Source of the DNA: Chthoniobacterales bacterium
Lineage (GTDB): Bacteria; Verrucomicrobiota; Verrucomicrobiia; Chthoniobacterales; Chthoniobacteraceae
DNA: 64,000 nucleotides
Assembly (NCBI GenBank): GCA_038207335.1
Contig: JBBQZX010000018.1
Coordinates: 49,691-113,690, forward strand
Direction: 5' to 3'
Numbering within the stretch: position 1 is the stretch's first letter; every line of letters starts with the position of its first letter. This document shows positions 57,796 through 64,000 of this stretch, one piece after another. Under the pieces are notes generated by a model. The model was not told where the DNA came from. It worked only from the letters and a program-made list of their open reading frames with translations, and made no database searches. Made by a program: the position numbers and the translations under genes.

Positions 57796-59619
57796 ATGGC
57801 CGTCTTTCTACTGCCTCAGCGCCTCTCGATTCGGCACAAGGTGCTGCTCGGCTTCGGGCTCGTTCTCGCCATGCTGGCCACCATCGCGCTGCTCACCTGG
57901 CGCAGCACGCGAGGCTTCGTGAAAACCGCGGAACTCGTCGCGCGCTCGCATCAGGTGCTCGCAAATGCCGACAAACTTCTGCGTTACCAGATGCAGATGG
58001 AGAGCGGACGCCGCGGCTTTTTGCTCACCGGCGACGATCGGTTTTTGCGCGGCTACGAGCAGGCGCAGTCCGCCGTCCTGGATACGCTTGACGTGCTGAA
58101 AACAGACACGATCGGCACGCCGGGGCAACGCGAGCGCATCGAGGAACTGAAGGAACTCATCTCGAAAAGCTTCGCGCTCCAGGGCAGTGAGATCGAGGAG
58201 CGCCGCACGAGCGGCTTCGACGGCGCTCTCAAGATGTTCGAGGATTCGCCGCGCGAAAAAGTCGGCGAGGAACTCCGCGTCGTGCTCGAAAAAATCACCG
58301 ACCGCGAGCGCACCGAACTCGCGAATCGCGAGGAACTCGGCAACGAAATCGCAATCGGCACGACGATCATCATTTTCGTCGGAACCGCCGTCACGCTCGT
58401 CGCGCTCTTCATCGCCGGGCGGACGATTTTGCGCGACATCGCCGCGCGCCGCCGCGCCGAAGAATCGCTCGCCGACCAGCACAATCTCCTCAGCAGCATC
58501 CTGGAAACAATGCCTGACCAAGTCTTCCTCAAGGACGTGAAAGGCCGATTCATCATGGACAATCGCGCGCACCGGCGCTTCCTCGAGCTGCGCGAAGGCG
58601 AAGCAATCGAGGGCAAGACGGTCTTCGCCTTTTTCCCAAAAAACCTCGCTGCCATGTATGCCGCGAGCGACGAGGAAGTCCTCACTGGTAGCGGATCCGT
58701 GCTCGATCGCGAGGAACCCGCAATCACACGCAGCGGCAATGAAGTCTGGCTTTCCACGACCAAAGTCCCACTCCGCGAAGCCAACGGACGCGTGCTCGGA
58801 CTCGTCTGCGTGAGCGCGGACATCACCGTGCGAAAAAGCGACGAAGAGCGGCTCCGGCGCTTCGCCCAGCAGCTCGAGCGGAGCAATGCCGAGCTCGCCA
58901 ATTTCGCCTCCGTCGCCTCGCACGACTTGCAGGAGCCGCTGCGAAAAATCCAGGCGTTCGGCGACCGGCTGCGCGCGAAATACTCGGTCCAGCTCGGCGA
59001 GGGAGGGCTCGATTATCTCGAGCGAATGGAGAACGCCGCGACGCGGATGCGAGTGCTGATTCAAGACCTGCTGAAGCTCTCACGCATCACGAGCCGCGCG
59101 CAGCCATTCGAGCGCTGCGACCTCGCCGTCATCGTCCGCGAAGTGCTCTCCGATCTCGAAGTCGCGATCGAGCAAAAGGGCGCGCGTGTCGAAATCGGCA
59201 CGCTGCCGTCGATCGACGCCGACCCGTTGCAGATGCGTCAACTTTTTCAAAATCTTATCAGCAACGCGATCAAGTTTCAGAAGCCCGGCGACGTGCCCGA
59301 GGTGCAAATCGAGGCGAAAATCCTGCACGCCACCGCGCGCGAAATCACCGGAGCGGGACCGGGCGACGAGATTTGCCAGCTCATGTTGAAGGACAACGGC
59401 ATTGGCTTTGACCAGAAATTCGCCGATCAGATTTTCGTCGTTTTCCAACGGCTCCACAACCGCACGGAATTCGAGGGGACGGGCATCGGGCTCGCCGTTT
59501 GCCGCAAAATTACAGATCGCCACGGAGGGAGCATTGTGGCAAAGAGCAGCGAGGGAGAAGGTGCGGCGTTCATCATCACGCTGCCGGTGCATCAACCCTC
59601 CCACCTGACCCATGAATAA
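57796..59619 (+). CDS. CHASE3-PAS sensor histidine kinase
   Basis: MESGRRGFLLTGD CHASE3, PAS, ASHDLQEPLRKI, GTGIGLAVC. Confidence 0.93.
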   Translation: MAVFLLPQRLSIRHKVLLGFGLVLAMLATIALLTWRSTRGFVKTAELVARSHQVLANADKLLRYQMQMESGRRGFLLTGDDRFLRGYEQAQSAVLDTLDVLKTDTIGTPGQRERIEELKELISKSFALQGSEIEERRTSGFDGALKMFEDSPREKVGEELRVVLEKITDRERTELANREELGNEIAIGTTIIIFVGTAVTLVALFIAGRTILRDIAARRRAEESLADQHNLLSSILETMPDQVFLKDVKGRFIMDNRAHRRFLELREGEAIEGKTVFAFFPKNLAAMYAASDEEVLTGSGSVLDREEPAITRSGNEVWLSTTKVPLREANGRVLGLVCVSADITVRKSDEERLRRFAQQLERSNAELANFASVASHDLQEPLRKIQAFGDRLRAKYSVQLGEGGLDYLERMENAATRMRVLIQDLLKLSRITSRAQPFERCDLAVIVREVLSDLEVAIEQKGARVEIGTLPSIDADPLQMRQLFQNLISNAIKFQKPGDVPEVQIEAKILHATAREITGAGPGDEICQLMLKDNGIGFDQKFADQIFVVFQRLHNRTEFEGTGIGLAVCRKITDRHGGSIVAKSSEGEGAAFIITLPVHQPSHLTHE

Positions 59620-60067
59620 AGACGCCATGCCGATCACCATTTTAATGGCAGACGACGACGACGACGACAAACGCCTCACACAAGAGGCGCTCGAGGAAGG
59701 TCGTCTCATCAACGATGTGCGCTTCGTCGCGAATGGCGAGGAGCTCATGGATTACCTCCATCGCACGGGCAAATACGCGCCGCCCGCTGAGACTCCGCGC
59801 CCCGGTCTCATCCTGCTCGATCTGAACATGCCGCGCAAAGACGGGCGCACGGTTTTGAAGGAAATCAAAAGCGATCCCGAGCTCCGGCAAATCCCCGTCG
59901 TCGTGCTGACCACGTCGAAAGCGGACGAGGATATTTTCAAAAGCTACGACCTCGGCGTGAACAGCTACATCGTGAAGCCGGTCACCTTCGAGGCGCTCGT
60001 GGACATCCTGCAAACGTTGGAAAAATACTGGTTCGAGATCGTGGAGCTCCCGCCGCGGAAGGAGTGA
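59612..60067 (+). CDS. Single-domain response regulator (Rcp1-like)
   Basis: ILMADDD, LLDLNMPRKDG, LTTS, NSYIVKPV. Confidence 0.93.
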   Translation: MNKDAMPITILMADDDDDDKRLTQEALEEGRLINDVRFVANGEELMDYLHRTGKYAPPAETPRPGLILLDLNMPRKDGRTVLKEIKSDPELRQIPVVVLTTSKADEDIFKSYDLGVNSYIVKPVTFEALVDILQTLEKYWFEIVELPPRKE

Positions 60068-60109
60068 AGAAATTTAGGATCTGGGATTTGGCATTTGGGA
60101 TTTTTGGTC

Positions 60110-60757
60110 GTGCTCACGCCTGCTGAACTCGCGGCGTTGCGGCGCGATTATTCGCAGCGCGGATTGCGGCGCGCGGAACTCGCGGGCGATCCGATTTTGC
60201 AATTCAACGCATGGCTCGCGGAGGCGCATGGAGCGCAGATTCTGGAGCCAAATGGAATGACGCTCTCGACCGTCGATGACGCCGGGCAACCGTGGTCGCG
60301 CACGGTTTTGCTGAAAGTGTGCGACGAGCGCGGGTTCACGTTTTTCACAAACTACGAGAGCGAAAAGGGCCGGCAGCTCGCGGCAAATCCGCGCGCGGCA
60401 CTGACGTTTTGGTGGGGCGGTTTGGAACGCCAGGTGAATGTAACCGGCTCGGTAACAATGAGTCCGCGCGACGAAAGCGACCGCTACTTTCACACGCGCC
60501 CGCCCTCAAGCCAGCTCGGCGCATGGGCCTCGCGGCAAAGCGCGCCGGTCACCGATCGCGCCCAGTTGGAGAAGCAGTTCGACGAAGCGCGCGAAAAATT
60601 GGGTGACACCGTCCCGCTCCCGCCGCATTGGGGCGGATACTGCCTGCGTCCGGCCACGATCGAGTTCTGGCAAGGCCGCACCAGTCGCCTCCACGATCGC
60701 CTCCGCTACGCCCGCCAGCCAAATGAGACTTGGCTGATCGAGCGCCTCTCGCCGTGA
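60110..60757 (+). CDS. pdxH: Pyridoxamine 5'-phosphate oxidase
   Basis: LRRDY, RTVLLK, FFTNYESEKG, ERQV, GAWASRQS, WGGY, EFWQGR..RLHDR, RLSP; likely GTG start at 60110. Confidence 0.95.
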   Translation: MLTPAELAALRRDYSQRGLRRAELAGDPILQFNAWLAEAHGAQILEPNGMTLSTVDDAGQPWSRTVLLKVCDERGFTFFTNYESEKGRQLAANPRAALTFWWGGLERQVNVTGSVTMSPRDESDRYFHTRPPSSQLGAWASRQSAPVTDRAQLEKQFDEAREKLGDTVPLPPHWGGYCLRPATIEFWQGRTSRLHDRLRYARQPNETWLIERLSP

Positions 60758-60760
60758 AGA

Positions 60761-62566
60761 CTACTTCGCCGGGACGTTGAAGACGTTGCCGGTTGCCTGC
60801 ACTTTGCGGCGAAAAATTTTGTCGCCGTTTGTCACGTAGAGGTAGCCGCGATCGGCACCGGCGAGCGTGCAACTCGTGAGCGGTTTGCCGGGTTGCGGTT
60901 TTGGCAGCACACCGCACATGCGACCGGTCGGGTCGAAGATTTGCACGCCGAGCGCGCTCGTCACGTAGTAGCGGCCTGCAGAGTCGGTCGTCATACCGTC
61001 GCCGCCCGAGGCCTTTTTGAAAGGCGGCGGTTGCTGATGCTCGAACTTTCCCGCCGGGTCGATCGGCAGCCGGAGCTTCATGTAAGGCGACTTCGCGGAA
61101 AGCGTACCATCCGGCGCGATGCGGAAAACCCACGCATTTTCGCCGCCGTAATCCGACACCGCGAGCGTCCCTTGGTCCGGCGAAAGCGTGATTCCATTCG
61201 GCGCGGTGATGCCCGTGTCTGCCGCCTTTACCGGACGCGCGGCGTCGGGCGATCCCGCATTCACGTCGATGAAACTCACCTGTTTTTTCCCGGTCTCCGT
61301 GAAGTAAATCTGCCCCTTTCGGCTCACCGCGAGGTCGTTCGGCTGCACGTCGGTCGCCAGCACGCTCACTGCCGGAGGCGTCTTCGAGAGATCGATCGCC
61401 ACCAGCCGCTTCTGCGATCCCTGGCATGCAAAGAGCCGCCCATCCGGCCCGAATTTCAGTCCGCTCGCACCCTCATCCGAAATCTTCGTCCTCACTCCAT
61501 CCGGCGTGATTCTGAAAATTCCCGGCGCCTTCATGTCCGAGAAATAAAAGTTCCCCTCCGCATCCGTCGTCGGCCCATCGGCAAAGCCCAATCCCTCGGC
61601 CACCAGCTCCCAATCCGACCCCTTCACGAGGATCGACTCGAGCGGCATGTCACCTCCGATGCTCTTCTGCTTCGCCGCCGCGAGAGCAGGCTTGTCCTTG
61701 CGCCAGAGCCACTTCGCGGCTTCCGGGAAAAGCGGCCCCGCGTGTTTCGAGCTGTGGCTGAAGCCCTCGCCGAACTCGAATTTCACATCGTAGCCCTGAA
61801 ATTTCAGCGCCGCATTCATCTGCTGATTCGCCAGCGGCCAGTTGCCAAATTGATTGTCCAAATCCCCCGTCGAATCGGCGAGCCAAACGCGAATCGGCTT
61901 CTGCTCCGTCTTGCGGATCAGCGACGGATACGCATTCCCGCCGCGAATATTCGTGAAAGTCCCGATCGTCGAGAGCACCTTTCCAAACGCCTCCGGATGC
62001 TCCCACGCCGCCGTGAAAGCGCAGATCGCGCCCGAGCTCGCGCCGCAAATCGCGCGCATCGCTGGGTCGTGCGAAAGCGGGTGCGTCTTCTCCACTTCCG
62101 GCAATATCTCCTCCAGCAAAAACCGCGCGTACCGATCGCCGAGCGAGTCGTATTCAAAGCTGCGATTGCTGTTATTCCACGCGCTCTTCGGCCGGTCCTT
62201 CGCCACATCGTGCCCCGGATCGATGAACACCGCGACCGTCACCGGCATCTCCCCGCTCGCGATCAAATTATCGAAGACCACCGGCACACGCCACGCGCCC
62301 TTTTCGCCGGCATAATCGTGCCCGTCCTGGAAAATCATCACCGCCGCCGGCTCCTCAGCCTTGTATTGCGCGGGCACATAGACCGACCAATCGCGCGTCG
62401 TGTCCGGGAAGATTTTCGACAGCCAAGGCGGCATCTTCGTCACCGTCCCATGCGGCACATCCGCGTGCACCTCGGACAGCGGGCCATACGCATTTTCCTC
62501 GGAAAAAAGCGGAGTCGCCGCAAAACCGCACATGGCCGCGAGAGAGGACAGTAAGAGGGAACGCAT
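60761..62566 (-). CDS. Esterase (enterochelin esterase-like) fused to an SMP-30/gluconolactonase domain
   Basis: IFQDG, RSFEYD, GASSG nucleophile motif; then FADGP, PNDL, PNGITLSPD, DGMTTD. Confidence 0.88.
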   Translation of the reverse strand: MRSLLLSSLAAMCGFAATPLFSEENAYGPLSEVHADVPHGTVTKMPPWLSKIFPDTTRDWSVYVPAQYKAEEPAAVMIFQDGHDYAGEKGAWRVPVVFDNLIASGEMPVTVAVFIDPGHDVAKDRPKSAWNNSNRSFEYDSLGDRYARFLLEEILPEVEKTHPLSHDPAMRAICGASSGAICAFTAAWEHPEAFGKVLSTIGTFTNIRGGNAYPSLIRKTEQKPIRVWLADSTGDLDNQFGNWPLANQQMNAALKFQGYDVKFEFGEGFSHSSKHAGPLFPEAAKWLWRKDKPALAAAKQKSIGGDMPLESILVKGSDWELVAEGLGFADGPTTDAEGNFYFSDMKAPGIFRITPDGVRTKISDEGASGLKFGPDGRLFACQGSQKRLVAIDLSKTPPAVSVLATDVQPNDLAVSRKGQIYFTETGKKQVSFIDVNAGSPDAARPVKAADTGITAPNGITLSPDQGTLAVSDYGGENAWVFRIAPDGTLSAKSPYMKLRLPIDPAGKFEHQQPPPFKKASGGDGMTTDSAGRYYVTSALGVQIFDPTGRMCGVLPKPQPGKPLTSCTLAGADRGYLYVTNGDKIFRRKVQATGNVFNVPAK

Positions 62567-62627
62567 GAGGTCGTTCTAAACAGGCCAGCGCGCCTTTGTC
62601 GATGCCGCCCCATTGCCCCGGAAAAAA

Positions 62628-62676
62628 TGGTGCGCGGTGCAGGTTTCGAACCTGCGACCCCTGCCGTGTGAAGGCA
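62628..62676 (-). mobile_element. 3' fragment of tRNA-Val(CAC), probable att-site duplication of an integrated element
   Basis: Minus strand TGCC-TTCACAC-GGCAG-GGGTC-GCAGG-TTCGAAA-CCTGC-ACCGCGC-A-CCA; no D-arm or 5' acceptor strand upstream. Confidence 0.8.
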
Positions 62677-63011
62677 TCGAACGACTCTGATGGTGGAAAA
62701 CGTTGCCACTCCATTGCCATTTGGCACGTCGCAAATCCGCGAAATCCCCAGAAAACTGCGGCACCGCTTCGAGCCCTCGGTTAGATATTTGATCACCCAT
62801 TGGCTTGCGGCTTTAAAGTCACGCCGGTGCGGCATCGAAGATGACCATTAACAGTTCGCTCGACTCATTGGCGGAACGAAGACGCCACCGCTCGATGCTC
62901 AACCAATGAGAAGTTGACCTCGTTGGAATTTGATAGGGCCTCCGAGACGTGCAGCCACATTGATGAATTCCTTCGAAGAGACGGTGAGCCTCAACCAAAC
63001 ATCAGCTCCCA

Positions 63012-63245
63012 ATGAACGAATCCCACCTGCCCGCTTTCCTCGTCAGTTTCGGCCTCTTCGGCATCATCCTGGCCATCGTCACCACATTGTTTTGGATTTG
63101 GATGCTGATCGATTGTCTGACCAACACGCGGCTCGACGGCGTGAACAAAATCATCTGGCTGCTCGTGATCTTCTTCCTGCATGTCCTCGGAGCCATCGTG
63201 TATTTCTTCGTCGGTCGGAGTGGCCGCAACAAAGTGGCGATTTAA
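63012..63245 (+). CDS. PLDc N-terminal domain small membrane protein
   Basis: FWIWMLIDCL...KIIWLLVIFFLHVLGAIVYFFVGR. Confidence 0.85.
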   Translation: MNESHLPAFLVSFGLFGIILAIVTTLFWIWMLIDCLTNTRLDGVNKIIWLLVIFFLHVLGAIVYFFVGRSGRNKVAI

Positions 63246-63719
63246 TGCGTCAGCGCCCAAGTCGAGCACGACGCCGAGATTCTCGAAGCAGATGACGACG
63301 CGCTGCGAGCTGACGCACATCATGAATTGAGCGGCATGCCGAAGTGCCTAGACGGTCGCTGACGGGCAGCTCACGACGATCGCCGAGATCGGTGGGCAAA
63401 AAATTAGCGCGACCATTTCTGATCGCGCTGCGGAAACATTCCGCTTAAAAATCCGATTCATCTTGATGCTCTCGAACCCGCAGGGATCGTGAATTGCGAA
63501 CGACTCTTCAAACAGGGTGAGCGAGCGGTGGATATTCCTCAAGCGGGCGATGCGCAGCTTTCAACGCCCTTCTCTGCACAGCAGTTGCCAAGGAAACGCT
63601 CTAATCTTCGACTGAGCTACGAGATTTAGATCAGCTGACGGAGCAAATCGAACCGTCTTCCGCCGGTGGCGGCGAGACGACCGCGCACTCACCCTGACGC
63701 TTCTTGAAACATTCGCCGA

Positions 63720-64000
63720 TCACCTGGCTTGTTTGGCAAGGGCGGCAACTGTGGCCACGAGTTCCGTCGCGTCCACCGGCTTCGGAAGGAGGATCTGAAA
63801 CCCGGCGCACATTGCCTGCACTCTGTCCTCAACGCGTGTATAGGCGGTGAGAGCTGCGGCGGGAACCTTGCCGCCCTTCTCCTTTGGCCGTCTGCGTAAA
63901 TCCTCGATCAGTGCGTAACCGTTCTTTCCCGGCATTCCAATGTCGCTCACCAGCACATGCGGCAAGTTTGCTTCCAGTGCTTTCAACGCGTCATCTGCGC
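63720..64000 (-). CDS. C-terminal receiver domain of a (probably hybrid) signalling protein, 5' part outside the window
   Basis: VLVSDIGMPGKNGY, AAALTAY, AGFQILLPKPV. Confidence 0.85.
   Translation of the reverse strand, partial: ADDALKALEANLPHVLVSDIGMPGKNGYALIEDLRRRPKEKGGKVPAAALTAYTRVEDRVQAMCAGFQILLPKPVDATELVATVAALAKQAR

Noticed and set aside
62628..62700. Functional tRNA-Val gene
   Set aside because: D-arm and 5' acceptor strand are absent; pairing breaks at 62677.
63246..63317. tgcgtcagc/gctgacgca inverted repeat, possible structured RNA
   Set aside because: Only a 9-bp stem, no recognisable RNA family or second copy.

Overview
A gene-dense, high-GC bacterial window whose content points to Verrucomicrobiota, probably a Chthoniobacter/Spartobacteria-like lineage (inference from PEP-CTERM proteins, a TIGR02597-like protein, DUF1080, YHYH and many Gfo/Idh/MocA and two-component genes). 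It holds about 58 supportable CDSs, tRNA-Lys(CTT), the SRP RNA, and a 49-bp 3' fragment of tRNA-Val(CAC) that probably marks the edge of an integrated element starting near 62.7 kb. I found no CRISPR array, rRNA, transposase or integrase. The best candidate for a poorly described system is the operon at 34.1-42.4 kb. It encodes an output-less CHASE2 sensor, a GAF-fused membrane fusion protein (MFP), a stand-alone MFP, a PqqD/RRE-like + M50 protease + MFP fusion, and a TolC with a ~100-aa Ala/Asn/Gln loop insertion. It looks like an export machine with no ABC ATPase or RND pump. Other notable items: (1) a YHYH protein plus an MbnP-MbnH (WxW + di-heme) fusion, divergent from an OmpR-type pair across a 16-bp inverted repeat; (2) a kinase-less derivative of the TPR Ser/Thr kinases; (3) a LarA homologue beside a mannonate-oxidoreductase-like SDR and apbE; (4) an AT-richer surface-protein cassette upstream of gspF/gspG; (5) a LysM-YkuD protein lacking its catalytic His/Cys; (6) two tiny lipoproteins; (7) a truncated FHA remnant. 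All family calls come from reading motifs by eye; no database search was run.
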